DNA of 64,000 nt from a plasmid. Of this stretch, positions 9,299 to 20,175 are shown one piece after another (positions within the stretch are counted from its first letter, which is position 1; the number at the start of each line of letters is the position of its first letter). Location: the sequence record CP132210.1. The stretch is one strand, 5' to 3'. The notes beneath the pieces are model-generated. The model was not told where the DNA came from and did no database searches. It saw only the letters and a program-made list of their open reading frames with translations. The translations under genes were made by a program, and so were the position numbers.

Positions 9299-12200
9299 AT
9301 GATCAATTTCAAGCCTAAACTTCCGGCGTTGCTTGGCGCTCTGGCGGTTCTTACCGCTGGTGCTGCTCATGCAGAGCTGCTGGAGTACACCTTTAAGGCT
9401 CCAGATGGTGCTCAGCGGTCTCTGCCTCCGAATGCCAACTATGCCAACCCGACGGGCAACGTTTCGTTTGCTCTGAGTGCAGGTATTGATCGCAAGGTCA
9501 AAGTATCGGTGCGTCGGTCTGATGGCACGGTGGTTTCAACGGCGACCAGCCACCTTCTTGGTGCTACGGATCGCATCACAGTGGGTGGAAAGTCTTACTA
9601 TGGTGCGGAACTACAACTAGCGGCTCCTGCTGCTGGCTCATATACAATCAGAGCGGAAATTCTTGCATCTGACGGTTCTACCGTTCAGAGCGATGATTAC
9701 CCTCTGACCGTGGATGTGACCCCTCCCAAGTACACCTCACTTGCGCCAGTCTATGGTTCATACGGACAGGTTATTAGCGGTGATGTATGGAAACTCGGCA
9801 CTGGGGGCGCAGAGGAGAATGCCTTTTTAATTTCAGGCATCTCTGATGATTCTCCAGTTAAAGAGGTTAAAGCTAAGCTGTACCGCCAAGATGGTTCACT
9901 CTACAAAGATGTATCAGTGAACTACGATGATGCCAACAAACAAGCCAGACAGTATTTTGAAAGTGGCTTTTTCCCTGCGTCTGATTTGGATGAAGTGTTC
10001 ACTCTTCAATTCCAGCTCAGTGATAGCGCAGGGAATAGTTACCTTTCACCACCGCAAAAGGTGATGTTTGACAACCTAACAAATGCACCGTCTTCGCCGT
10101 TTGGTGTCTATGACCCGGCCAGCTCAAGCACATTGGGGCCAGGGTTATCTGGGTTTGTTGCCTATAAGGCTGGAATGACGGTTAAAACCAACCCGATCAA
10201 GTTGGCATGGCGCGTTCCGCGTAATAATTGGCATGAATACCGCGAGGGCGGCATCAACATGGTCAACTCTTTGGGAGAAATGACCAAGGTTGGTGAAGAT
10301 GGTAACTACGTTTACCTCGTCACAACGGCACCTTATGGAAATACAGATGGAAACTATTGGCGGTGGGTGAATTTTGGTCAGTGGGGTGGCGGGGTCATAA
10401 CTTATGACCTTTCGCTGTCTCCATCTGCACCCCAGAGTCCCAAGTTGCTTGGTGTTGATTACAACTACAGCGACATAGGGTGGTCGAACATGTACCGCTA
10501 TTGGGTAGACAGCTCCGTTCTGCCCGTCACAGTGAGCAGCATCCGGGTTAAAGTAGAACCAAGGCCTTACGTTCAAACTGCGGTGCATCGGGGAAGCTGT
10601 GAAGTGCCTGTCGGTCAAGATAGCTGTGTGATTGCTAACAGCTTCACTATGTCAAAGGGAACGACAGGGTATATCCACGACAATGCAACAGTCTTCAATG
10701 CAGATCAGTCTCTTCGCTCAAACCCTCTTTGGGCAGAAGTAAACTGGAACGATCAGCATTATCCTCAGTTAAGCCAGCAGTACGACCAAAACAATAAGGT
10801 ATTTACCTTATTCGTTAACCAACCTGGACGAGGCGCGTACTTTGATAGGCTGCGTCTGCGCAGTGCCTGGATCGAAGATAGCAAAGGCAACAAGCTGTCT
10901 CCGACCGGGGGGCTAATTGCCAATAACTGGGAGAACTACACCTATCAGTGGGATCTCAAAACTCTCCCCGAGGGGCAATACAGTCTTGTTGCCGCAGCAG
11001 AGGAAATGCACGGACCTTTAACTCGGCAACCCATGTTCCAGATTACGTCCGATAAAACGGCCCCAACACTGACGATCAGTGTTGCAGATGGGGCTGCGAT
11101 TCAGACACTGGACGATGTGGTCATTACTTTGGCTGATGCTATTGACCCGTCACCTAAGCTGACCTCTATTGCCCTTGTTGGAGGCCCGGCGAATGACAAA
11201 GTTCAGTTGTCCTGGCGTGAAGAATCGAAAGGGCGATTCCGTCTTGAGTATCCGGTAATGTTCCCGTCGTTGAAGGAAGGGGAGTCATACAGGCTGACTG
11301 TTTCCGGGGCGGATGCGCAGGGCAATGCGGTTAAAAAGGTGGTTGGTTTCGAGTACAAGCCTCGCCAAGTAATGCTGGCAGATGGTATGGATGGCAAGGT
11401 AATGGTCCCCGCTGTCACTCATGAATTTGTTCATGCAGATGGCAAGCGGATCATCGAGACCAAGCCGCTGACGCTCAGTGATGGTGCTATCGTGACAGGT
11501 TCATACGACGTGTTTGCGACCCTCCGTTCTGATGCGAAAGTGCCGCTGGTGGTGAATGGGGTGCGAATCGAGCCGGGCCAGACAATGGGGATCATGAGCC
11601 AACATGACTTCGGTGCATCAGGGGGACGTTTGAGTATCCCTGTCAAACCGGCTATCCCTGATGTGGTCGGTTCATCCAGCCTTCTTGTCATGACTTCTGC
11701 GCCTAACTCACCAATCCTCGTTGTGGACATTAATACCTGGAAAGGGGCGGCTAAACTCTCTGCTGAGTCGTGGACAATTCGCCAGGTTATCGACCCGGTG
11801 AAAATCTATGCCTTGCCGGAAACAGGGGTTCCTTGCCGGTTCACCACGAAGGCAGATGTTGCTATGGCCGCAGATCCGATTCGTGACCCAGTATGTTTGC
11901 TACAGTGGGACAGAACTCCGGATGAAGCTGAACAAACCACCCAAGACACCAACGGTATGAAGGTGGCAGGGCTGGTGGGGCAAGCAGTAAGCATTGGGGA
12001 GCAACCTGTCGAATACAGCTTATACCTGTTCAGTGGTGACGGTTCCAAGGTGAAAGTTGGCTCAGGCTCACAGAACCTGACTGTAACTACAGCCTATGGC
12101 TCCGTTGGCTACACCCCGATTGATGACATTGCACAAGTGAATCGTGTCATTGAAAACTTTAATGTGAACCTCAAGCAGAACAAGGGGCCAGACTGCTCTA

Positions 12201-14785
12201 TAACCCTCAGTGCAGACCGGGCGAAGAAAGAGGCCGCAAGCAAGGGGGCCGGGAGTGCCAGTAGAACCTGTCTGTTTGAGTGGCAGCAGATCCCTGATGG
12301 GTTGCTCCAGGAACAGCTATCGGAATCCCCTTCGCTTTCTGGTTCATTGGCCTCCAACGGCAATCATCCACTGGGATGGCGGGTAAGCATTTTCACCCGT
12401 AATGGTACACGGGTGACGTTGAACGACCAGACGTTCAACATCGAAGCTGTTGATCCACCAGCTCCGACTGTTGAACTGTCATCTAAATTCAACTTCAAAG
12501 ACAACATCTACATGGTGCCGATGACAGGTAACTACCTGGGGGATGCCATAATCAGCTCTGAACGCGCTGATCTGGATATTGCCATCTCGCGCAACTCTGG
12601 TGTCCTGGAGTCTGAAACTTTCGCTCCAGGATGGGGAGCCACCAATAAGGTGTATCGTCGCATAAATACTGATGAGCGAGCTTTGTGGGAGGAGACTACT
12701 TACAAGGTGAATGCGGCGTACAACAAGGTCCCTGATGTGAAAACGGAGGCGATCTATCGGGCTATCGCAGCACCTTCTGACAGCATCCGTCCTGTCGTTG
12801 AAGTTGATGGTGATAACGCGATTGACACTCAGGCATTGCCTGTTCGCGTCCTCATTCGTGATCAGTACAAACCTGATGGTGGTTATGACGCCAACACAAT
12901 GGGTGTGTGGAAAGTACGTCTGATTCAGCAAAAGGCCTACAACGAGACGGTTGCTCTCACTGATTATGCGGAAGCATCAAACGGAGAAGCTCAGTTCTCG
13001 GTCGATCTGTCTGGCGTGGATACTTCCTCTGTCCGCATAGCGGCTGAGGCTGTTTTGGACAGCCCCGTTGAAGGTTACAACAGAACAGAGCTGTCCATCA
13101 GGCCTGCTTTCTTAACTGTGCTTCGTGGTGGAGCCATCGCTGCTGGAGTAGAGGCTCGCAAGTTGTCTGGTGAAGCCCCGTTCACCGCTGTGTTCAAGCT
13201 GGCTCTGGATAACCGTCAAGATCTCCGTGCTACCGGCCAGGTGGTGTGGGAAACCACGAAGGATGACGGTAAAACTTGGGAGCAGTTCATCCCGGAAGAG
13301 CGTTACAAGTATCAGCTTGTGAAGACCTTCGACAAGGGGGAGTACCAGGTTCGAGCCAAAGTGGTGAACGTAAACTCAGGCGCGGAAAAATACACCGAAG
13401 CGGTCAGTGTTGTCGCTTACGACAAACCGGATATTGCTGTTGTCGGCCCGACCACGTTGTTTGTGGGAAGTGAAGGCAAGTACACGGCGAGTCTGGCGCT
13501 GAACGATGAGCCGATCACGGATGGCAATGCCGTTGTTGAGTGGTCCACTGACGGTGGAAAAACCTACTCACATAAAGGGAACAGCATCACGCTTTCAAGT
13601 GATGAAGAAACCCGATACCGCCTGTGGGCTCGTGTGCGTTCTGCTAATGCACCGGCTGATGACGACTATGCCTATGACGTTGCTAAAACGGCGGTTGACT
13701 TCCGAGCTGTGAAGGCACCCCGCCCTTATGTGGTAGGGCCTCAAGTCATTGAGACGGGCAAGAAGTATGTGTTCAGTGCCAAAACCAGCCTGCCTTACCG
13801 TGGTATGGACGTGAAGCTGAACGGGTTCTTCACGCTGCCTGATGGCTCGATTGTGGAGGGTGATACCGCTGAGTACGTGCCTTCGGACAATGACCTCAAC
13901 CAGGCAACTGTAGAAACGAAGTACACCACCTGGATCGAAGGATACCGCGATAAGGGTGCAGAAGCCTCGCATAGTCTACGCTCCCGCGTTTGGCAGTATG
14001 TGTGGCCGGGCTTCGCAATGCAGGTCCGGAAGAGCGCGGACGCGGCTCCTGCGACGATCACTGCGTCAGTACGGCCAATTGCCTTCAACGGTAAGCTGGA
14101 AGAGCCTACCTACGAATGGGAGTTGCCGGAAGGGGCCGTGATTCAGGATAAGAAGCAAGATATTGTCAGGTCCTTTGTGGTCAATGAGCCGGGCGATTAC
14201 AACATCAAGGTGACTGTTCGTGATGCTCGCGGGCATGAGGCTGTGATCGAGAAATCGTTCAAGATCGACCAGTCCAAGCCCTACGCCATTGACCTGCAAT
14301 ACTCTGGCTCGAATAAATACGAGCGTGAGCCTTTGGATGTACTGTTGAGACCGTACATTTCTGGCGGCCACCCACGCGACCGTATTTTGACTCATGTTTA
14401 CTCGGTCGATGGCACACCGTTGGAAAACAGCGGTTACTACGGCAAAGCAACTCTTCGCGCTGGTGAGCACAGCATCAAGCTGAAAATAACCTCAGAGATG
14501 GGGCATGAAGCTGAGGGTGAGGTGAGCATCAATGTGGCAGAGAACAAGTTGCCCGTGTGTAGCCTGAAATCACGAGAGACCGTTGGATCGTGGATCGTCT
14601 ATGCGAACTGCGAAGATACCGATGGACGCATGAAGTCCTACGAATGGACCATTGCCGGTGAGTTGAAGAGCATCAGCTCTGATCGAGTAACTATCAGCAA
14701 GGGACCCAATAAAACGATGCCGACCATATCTCTGGTTGGAGTCGATGACTCAGGTGGCAGATCCGAAGCTGTTACGATGAACTAA
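9299..14785 (+). CDS. Giant secreted repeat-domain protein (about 1828 aa), putative surface adhesin
   Basis: ORF 9263..14785; best start MINFKPK at 9299 after GGAGA RBS; signal peptide ending AHA-EL; T/S/G/V/D-rich beta-sandwich-like repeats along its length; own terminators on both sides. Confidence 0.7.
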   Translation: MINFKPKLPALLGALAVLTAGAAHAELLEYTFKAPDGAQRSLPPNANYANPTGNVSFALSAGIDRKVKVSVRRSDGTVVSTATSHLLGATDRITVGGKSYYGAELQLAAPAAGSYTIRAEILASDGSTVQSDDYPLTVDVTPPKYTSLAPVYGSYGQVISGDVWKLGTGGAEENAFLISGISDDSPVKEVKAKLYRQDGSLYKDVSVNYDDANKQARQYFESGFFPASDLDEVFTLQFQLSDSAGNSYLSPPQKVMFDNLTNAPSSPFGVYDPASSSTLGPGLSGFVAYKAGMTVKTNPIKLAWRVPRNNWHEYREGGINMVNSLGEMTKVGEDGNYVYLVTTAPYGNTDGNYWRWVNFGQWGGGVITYDLSLSPSAPQSPKLLGVDYNYSDIGWSNMYRYWVDSSVLPVTVSSIRVKVEPRPYVQTAVHRGSCEVPVGQDSCVIANSFTMSKGTTGYIHDNATVFNADQSLRSNPLWAEVNWNDQHYPQLSQQYDQNNKVFTLFVNQPGRGAYFDRLRLRSAWIEDSKGNKLSPTGGLIANNWENYTYQWDLKTLPEGQYSLVAAAEEMHGPLTRQPMFQITSDKTAPTLTISVADGAAIQTLDDVVITLADAIDPSPKLTSIALVGGPANDKVQLSWREESKGRFRLEYPVMFPSLKEGESYRLTVSGADAQGNAVKKVVGFEYKPRQVMLADGMDGKVMVPAVTHEFVHADGKRIIETKPLTLSDGAIVTGSYDVFATLRSDAKVPLVVNGVRIEPGQTMGIMSQHDFGASGGRLSIPVKPAIPDVVGSSSLLVMTSAPNSPILVVDINTWKGAAKLSAESWTIRQVIDPVKIYALPETGVPCRFTTKADVAMAADPIRDPVCLLQWDRTPDEAEQTTQDTNGMKVAGLVGQAVSIGEQPVEYSLYLFSGDGSKVKVGSGSQNLTVTTAYGSVGYTPIDDIAQVNRVIENFNVNLKQNKGPDCSITLSADRAKKEAASKGAGSASRTCLFEWQQIPDGLLQEQLSESPSLSGSLASNGNHPLGWRVSIFTRNGTRVTLNDQTFNIEAVDPPAPTVELSSKFNFKDNIYMVPMTGNYLGDAIISSERADLDIAISRNSGVLESETFAPGWGATNKVYRRINTDERALWEETTYKVNAAYNKVPDVKTEAIYRAIAAPSDSIRPVVEVDGDNAIDTQALPVRVLIRDQYKPDGGYDANTMGVWKVRLIQQKAYNETVALTDYAEASNGEAQFSVDLSGVDTSSVRIAAEAVLDSPVEGYNRTELSIRPAFLTVLRGGAIAAGVEARKLSGEAPFTAVFKLALDNRQDLRATGQVVWETTKDDGKTWEQFIPEERYKYQLVKTFDKGEYQVRAKVVNVNSGAEKYTEAVSVVAYDKPDIAVVGPTTLFVGSEGKYTASLALNDEPITDGNAVVEWSTDGGKTYSHKGNSITLSSDEETRYRLWARVRSANAPADDDYAYDVAKTAVDFRAVKAPRPYVVGPQVIETGKKYVFSAKTSLPYRGMDVKLNGFFTLPDGSIVEGDTAEYVPSDNDLNQATVETKYTTWIEGYRDKGAEASHSLRSRVWQYVWPGFAMQVRKSADAAPATITASVRPIAFNGKLEEPTYEWELPEGAVIQDKKQDIVRSFVVNEPGDYNIKVTVRDARGHEAVIEKSFKIDQSKPYAIDLQYSGSNKYEREPLDVLLRPYISGGHPRDRILTHVYSVDGTPLENSGYYGKATLRAGEHSIKLKITSEMGHEAEGEVSINVAENKLPVCSLKSRETVGSWIVYANCEDTDGRMKSYEWTIAGELKSISSDRVTISKGPNKTMPTISLVGVDDSGGRSEAVTMN

Positions 14786-14801
14786 GGTTCACACCTCTCA
14801 A

Positions 14802-14829
14802 AGCCCGGCTCAGTCCGGGCTTTTTTTTG
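14802..14829 (+). terminator. Rho-independent terminator
   Basis: AGCCCGG-CTCAGT-CCGGGCT stem then TTTTTTTT. Confidence 0.85.
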
Positions 14830-14933
14830 TATCGCGCTGGAGTTGTCCAAATTGGGCTATTACAGAGGCGAGTCTGTTTCCATCCCCCAGATAAACTGCC
14901 CAGCATCGAGTAATCCAATCTTAGGGGAGAGAC

Positions 14934-15641
14934 ATGCGGACAAAATTACTTGGGGCGCTGATGGTGTTCGGAATTATTACCGGCCCGGCTCATGCGTCGT
15001 CGAAATTGGAAATCACGGATCCCAGGGCTGCAAAGATAGAGGACATCGTAAAACTACCCATCAATGGGGTCCGGGCCGTCCAGAGTGATGGGCAAATCAT
15101 GTTCCTCTCTGAAAACGGGCGATTTGTTATTTCAGGACAAATCTACGACCTGTGGAGCAAGAAGCCACTCAATACGATGTCACAGATGCGAGATGTGGCG
15201 GAACGCCTTCACTTCAAGAGTATGGGGATGGACGTTGACACTCTGAATACCATTTCAATGGGGCGTGGGGGCAAAGAGGTCGTGGTTTTTGTTGATCCTC
15301 GCTGCACCGTCTGCCACAAGCTCATGGACGAATCAAAGTCTCTGGTCGATGAGTACACCTTCAAATTTGTCGTGATCCCTGCCCTTGGGGCTGAGTCCAA
15401 CCGCCTTGCAAAAGGCTTGTACTGCGCGAAAGACAAAACAAACGCGCTCGATGCGTTCATGAACAACACCCTGGCTTCGCTTCCTTCAAAAGAAACCTGT
15501 GACCCCGCTCAATATGACCAAACGCTGCTCACGGCCCACTTCATTGGGATTGAAGGCGTTCCGTTCGTAGTTGCTCCGGATGGCCGCGTCAGCAAAGGGC
15601 GTCCGAAGAACCTGAAATCATGGTTGGAGAGTGCTGAATGA
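14934..15641 (+). CDS. DsbC/DsbG-like thiol:disulfide interchange protein (T4SS-associated)
   Basis: Signal peptide, CTVC thioredoxin-fold active-site motif, 235 aa. Confidence 0.75.
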   Translation: MRTKLLGALMVFGIITGPAHASSKLEITDPRAAKIEDIVKLPINGVRAVQSDGQIMFLSENGRFVISGQIYDLWSKKPLNTMSQMRDVAERLHFKSMGMDVDTLNTISMGRGGKEVVVFVDPRCTVCHKLMDESKSLVDEYTFKFVVIPALGAESNRLAKGLYCAKDKTNALDAFMNNTLASLPSKETCDPAQYDQTLLTAHFIGIEGVPFVVAPDGRVSKGRPKNLKSWLESAE

Positions 15642-18085
15642 TCATAACCATCAAAAAGAAACTCGAAGAAACGTTGATCCCGGAGCACTTGCGAGCAGCC
15701 GGGATTATTCCTGTCTTGGCCTATGACGAAGACGATCATGTCTTCCTTATGGATGACCAAAGTGTAGGCTTTGGTTTCATGTGTGAGCCCCTGTGCGGTG
15801 CCGATGAGAAAGTGCAGGAGCGAATGAATGGCTTCCTGAATCAGGAATTTCCGTCGAAGACTTCGCTCCAGTTTGTTCTGTTCCGCTCACCGGACATTAA
15901 TCAGGAGATGTACCGGATGATGGGGTTGCGTGATGGTTTTCGTCACGAACTGCTGACATCTGTCATCAAGGAACGAATCAACTTCCTCCAGCACCACACG
16001 ACAGATCGCATCTTTGCTAAGACCAGCAAAGGTATCTACGACAATGGCTTGATACAAGACCTCAAACTGTTCGTTACGTGCAAAGTACCTATAAAGAACA
16101 ACAACCCGACGGAGAGCGAACTCCAGCATCTCGCACAAATCCGCACGAAGGTCGAGTCATCGCTTCAAACTGTTGGCCTGCGTCCCCGAACAATGACGGC
16201 GGTGAACTACATCCGGATCATGAGCACCATACTGAATTGGGGGCCGGATGCTTCATGGCGACATGACTCTGTGGATTGGGAGATGGATAAGCCTATCTGC
16301 GAGCAAATCTTCGATTACGGCACCGACGTGGAAGTCAGTAAGAACGGCATCAGGCTGGGTGACTATCACGCGAAAGTGATGTCCGCTAAAAAGCTACCTG
16401 ATGTTTTCTATTTTGGTGATGCGTTGACCTATGCAGGGGATCTCAGCGGAGGTAACTCCAGCATCAAAGAAAACTACATGGTTGTGACCAATGTATTTTT
16501 CCCTGAGGCCGAAAGCACGAAAAATACTCTGGAGCGCAAACGCCAGTTCACTGTAAACCAAGCCTACGGGCCAATGCTCAAATTCGTGCCGGTGTTGGCG
16601 GACAAAAAGGAGAGTTTCGACACTCTCTATGAGTCCATGAAAGAGGGGGCCAAGCCAGTCAAGATCACCTACTCGGTGGTTTTATTTGCCCCAACCAAAG
16701 AACGTGTTGAAGCGGCAGCGATGGCCGCACGAAACATCTGGCGTGAGTCTCGGTTTGAACTTATGGAGGATAAGTTCGTTGCTCTGCCAATGTTCCTCAA
16801 CTGCCTGCCATTCTGTACCGACCGAGATGCAGTACGAGACCTATTCCGCTACAAGACCATGACAACCGAACAGGCGGCTGTGGTCCTGCCAGTGTTTGGG
16901 GAGTGGAAGGGGACCGGGACCTATCATGCGGCGCTGATTTCCCGCAACGGCCAGCTCATGAGTCTGTCTCTTCACGACAGTAATACCAACAAGAACCTTG
17001 TGATCGCAGCCGAATCGGGCTCGGGTAAATCCTTCCTTACCAACGAACTGATTTTTTCCTATCTGTCTGAGGGGGCCCAAGTCTGGGTCATTGATGCTGG
17101 GAAGTCTTATCAGAAGTTGTCGGAAATGCTCAATGGCGACTTCGTTCACTTTGAAGAAGGAACGCACGTCTGCCTCAACCCGTTCGAGCTCATACAGAAC
17201 TACGATGACGAAGAAGACGCGATTGTCAGCCTCGTTTGTGCAATGGCCTCGGCCAAGGGCTTGCTGGATGAATGGCAAATCTCTGCGCTGAAACAGGTCC
17301 TTTCTCGTCTGTGGGAAGAGAAAGGTAAAGAGATGAAGGTTGACGACATCGCTGAGCGCTGCCTGGAGGAAGAAAACGATCAGCGCCTCAAGGATATTGG
17401 TCAGCAGCTCTACGCCTTTACATCGAAGGGGAGCTACGGGAAATACTTCTCTCAAAAGAACAACGTCAGCTTCCAGAACCAGTTCACTGTACTGGAGCTC
17501 GATGAATTGCAAGGACGTAAACACCTGCGTCAGGTTGTTCTCCTCCAGCTCATCTACCAGATCCAGCAAGAAGTCTTCCTGGGTGAACGAAACCGCAAAA
17601 AGGTCGTCATCGTGGATGAAGCATGGGACTTGCTCAAAGAAGGTGAAGTTTCCACGTTTATGGAACACGCCTACCGTAAGTTTCGTAAATATGGTGGCTC
17701 CGTTGTTATTGCAACTCAGTCCATCAACGACCTCTATGAAAACGCCGTGGGTCGTGCCATAGCGGAGAACTCGGCCAGCATGTACTTGCTCGGCCAAACC
17801 GAAGAAACAGTTGAATCTGTTAAGCGCAGCGGTCGTCTGACCCTTTCAGATGGCGGGTTCCACACCCTTAAAACCGTACACACCATCCAAGGCGTGTACT
17901 CAGAAATCTTTATCAAATCGAAGAGCGGTATGGGCGTCGGGCGTTTGATCGTGGGCGACTTCCAGAAGCTGCTTTATTCGACTGACCCGGTGGACGTCAA
18001 CGCCATCGACCAATTTGTGAAACAAGGCATGAGCATCCCTGAGGCTATCAAGGCTGTGATGCGAAGCCGTAAACAGGCTGCATAA
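15638..18085 (+). CDS. traC: Conjugative transfer ATPase TraC/VirB4-like
   Basis: 815 aa, Walker A AAESGSGKS, Walker B VVIVDEAWD; ATGA overlap with DsbC-like gene. Confidence 0.85.
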   Translation: MIITIKKKLEETLIPEHLRAAGIIPVLAYDEDDHVFLMDDQSVGFGFMCEPLCGADEKVQERMNGFLNQEFPSKTSLQFVLFRSPDINQEMYRMMGLRDGFRHELLTSVIKERINFLQHHTTDRIFAKTSKGIYDNGLIQDLKLFVTCKVPIKNNNPTESELQHLAQIRTKVESSLQTVGLRPRTMTAVNYIRIMSTILNWGPDASWRHDSVDWEMDKPICEQIFDYGTDVEVSKNGIRLGDYHAKVMSAKKLPDVFYFGDALTYAGDLSGGNSSIKENYMVVTNVFFPEAESTKNTLERKRQFTVNQAYGPMLKFVPVLADKKESFDTLYESMKEGAKPVKITYSVVLFAPTKERVEAAAMAARNIWRESRFELMEDKFVALPMFLNCLPFCTDRDAVRDLFRYKTMTTEQAAVVLPVFGEWKGTGTYHAALISRNGQLMSLSLHDSNTNKNLVIAAESGSGKSFLTNELIFSYLSEGAQVWVIDAGKSYQKLSEMLNGDFVHFEEGTHVCLNPFELIQNYDDEEDAIVSLVCAMASAKGLLDEWQISALKQVLSRLWEEKGKEMKVDDIAERCLEEENDQRLKDIGQQLYAFTSKGSYGKYFSQKNNVSFQNQFTVLELDELQGRKHLRQVVLLQLIYQIQQEVFLGERNRKKVVIVDEAWDLLKEGEVSTFMEHAYRKFRKYGGSVVIATQSINDLYENAVGRAIAENSASMYLLGQTEETVESVKRSGRLTLSDGGFHTLKTVHTIQGVYSEIFIKSKSGMGVGRLIVGDFQKLLYSTDPVDVNAIDQFVKQGMSIPEAIKAVMRSRKQAA

Positions 18086-18099
18086 CCAGGGAGACTGTA

Positions 18100-18417
18100 A
18101 TGGACCTTAAAATCATCGCAATTGCCTCCATTCTTGGTGCTGCTGGTGGCTTCGGTGCCAGCTATTACGTGATGAGCGAACAAACGGCAAACATCCAGCA
18201 GCGTTTGAATCAAACCCCGCCAGTGGTTGTGGTGGACTTCGCTAAAGTGGCATCGGCATATCCTGCCGGTGCCTCTCAGGCGGAAGTGGAAAAGCTGATG
18301 GTCAAGACCAATGACGCAATTTTGAAGTTGAAGGACGCAGGTTACTTGGTGCTTGACGCAAGTGCTGTAGTCGGTGCGCCAAGTGACGTGTACCTCCCTG
18401 AGGAGGTGCTGAAATGA
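18100..18417 (+). CDS. Small T4SS-associated exported/membrane protein
   Basis: 105 aa, N-terminal hydrophobic segment, GGGAGA RBS. Confidence 0.5.
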   Translation: MDLKIIAIASILGAAGGFGASYYVMSEQTANIQQRLNQTPPVVVVDFAKVASAYPAGASQAEVEKLMVKTNDAILKLKDAGYLVLDASAVVGAPSDVYLPEEVLK

Positions 18418-18944
18418 AATTCTCATTCAAGACGTATTTCGTCAAAAAGGAATCCTGGAAGCGTTTCGGGCTTAAAGCCGGTGTGACGCTGCTGGTTCTC
18501 TGGGGGGCTGGTGCGGCTTTTGCCAGCCGCTACCGTATTGGTATTGACCCTCAACAGGAGAAGTGCCTGCCGGGTTACACCTTCTTCCTCATTGATCTGA
18601 AAGACCAATCTCTGGAGAGGGGGGCTGTTTACGCCTTCCACGCTAAGAACATGCAACCTTTCTACAAGGACGGAACTCGCATGGTAAAAATCCTCACCGG
18701 TATGCCGGGGGATAAAGTCGAGATCAACGATAAGTGGAAGATCACCGTCAATGGTGATGTCGTCGGGGAGGGGCTCCAGCTTGCAGGGAAACTACATCTG
18801 CCCGAGAGCCACTTTTACGGCAAGGCCACACTGAAAGAGAACAACTACTGGTTTATGGGCAAAAGCCTATTCAGCTTCGACTCACGCTACTGGGGGACTG
18901 TGAAAAATGATCAGATCATTGGCCGCGCATATCCCCTGTTCTAA
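18414..18944 (+). CDS. Conjugative signal peptidase TraF-like (S26 family)
   Basis: N-terminal TM; C-terminal box resembling S26 NNYWFMG...SFDSRYWG motif. Confidence 0.6.
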   Translation: MKFSFKTYFVKKESWKRFGLKAGVTLLVLWGAGAAFASRYRIGIDPQQEKCLPGYTFFLIDLKDQSLERGAVYAFHAKNMQPFYKDGTRMVKILTGMPGDKVEINDKWKITVNGDVVGEGLQLAGKLHLPESHFYGKATLKENNYWFMGKSLFSFDSRYWGTVKNDQIIGRAYPLF

Positions 18945-20175
18945 GAGCGTTATTGTGGCGCTGATCTTCTCTGTGGCTGGCGGAGGGGCATCCGCTCAAG
19001 AGTCTCCGCTGTCAGAACAAGATAGGGCGTTTATTGAGCAAGGAAAGCAAATTGCCCAAAAGGCCCAGAGGATGGAAATGCCATCTCTGTTGCAGAACCA
19101 ACACATGGATGATGCTCAGGCCGAAGCTAAGGCGTTGTTCAATCAGCTCCAATCTACTAACCCGACGCTCAAGGAGATGCACCGTAAGCAGGCTGAAAAA
19201 GGCATCTACTCCGACCATCGGATATTGGTTTTCGCGTCTTTGTCGCTTGGCGAACAGGGGTTGGATGATGTCCTAACCGCTGTGTCGGGTCAGTCTGATG
19301 CGGTGATTGTGTTCCGTGGTGTTCCAGAAGGCATGAATCTGGGGCAGGGGGTTAAGTCTATTCAGGCTCTGGCGGCCAAAAAAGACCCTGTGCCAAACGT
19401 CATCATCAACCCAACTTTGTTCAAAACGTACAAAATCACAGCCGTTCCCACGATTGTGATGCTTGAGGATGAGCCGTTGCCCGGCGAGCAACCAAATGTC
19501 GTTGCCCAAGTTTCCGGTTTGTCCGACCCAGTATGGTTGGCTCGGGAAGTGGATAACGGAGAAAAAGGCGATCTCGGCGTTAAGGGGCCGGTGGAGAAAA
19601 TTAGCGAGCCAGACCTCATTGAGGTTGCCAAGAAACGCCTTGCCAATATCGACTGGGAAGAGAAGAAGAAGCTCGCTGTTGAGCGGTTCTGGACCAAGCA
19701 AAACTTCAATGAGCTACCCAGAGCGCCCAAATTTCGAACCAGAGAAATTGACCCCAGTGTCATGATCACCAGTGACATCAGCACTCCAGATGGCACAGTG
19801 TTCGCTCACGCGGGTGACGTGATCAACCCGTTGTGCGATCCGAAAGAAGTCTGCAAACCTGGAACACGGCCATTTACCCAAGCTGTCGTTGTCTTCGACC
19901 CGTTGGACAAAAAGCAGATGGAGCTGCTCGCCAAGAAACTGCCTGAAATTAAGAAGGAGCCTGGAGTTCAGCGGATCACCTATATCGCTACAAAGTTCGA
20001 TAAAGACAAAGGCTGGGACTCCTACAAGAGTGTTACCGACAGCTTTGATGCGCCGGTATATCTACTGACCCCTGATCTGATTACCAGGTTCGAGCTGGAG
20101 CACACTCCAAGCGTGATTACAGCCAGAGGCAAGAAGTTTCTCATCCGCGAATTTGCTGAGGAGGGCGGTGAATGA
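18907..20175 (+). CDS. Periplasmic T4SS protein (TraW/TrbC-like)
   Basis: 422 aa with N-terminal signal-like region; conserved position between TraF-like and TraU-like genes. Confidence 0.45.
   Translation: MIRSLAAHIPCSKSVIVALIFSVAGGGASAQESPLSEQDRAFIEQGKQIAQKAQRMEMPSLLQNQHMDDAQAEAKALFNQLQSTNPTLKEMHRKQAEKGIYSDHRILVFASLSLGEQGLDDVLTAVSGQSDAVIVFRGVPEGMNLGQGVKSIQALAAKKDPVPNVIINPTLFKTYKITAVPTIVMLEDEPLPGEQPNVVAQVSGLSDPVWLAREVDNGEKGDLGVKGPVEKISEPDLIEVAKKRLANIDWEEKKKLAVERFWTKQNFNELPRAPKFRTREIDPSVMITSDISTPDGTVFAHAGDVINPLCDPKEVCKPGTRPFTQAVVVFDPLDKKQMELLAKKLPEIKKEPGVQRITYIATKFDKDKGWDSYKSVTDSFDAPVYLLTPDLITRFELEHTPSVITARGKKFLIREFAEEGGE

Noticed and set aside
16841-17797. 318-aa ORF on the minus strand inside traC, and similar long antisense ORFs (10145..10618, 12479..12931, 13595..14470 inside the giant gene; 27951..28742 inside the AAA+ gene; 57855..58556 inside the recombinase)
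   Set aside because: They lie fully antisense to genes with clear motifs, lack RBSs, and are typical frame artefacts of GC-skewed coding DNA.
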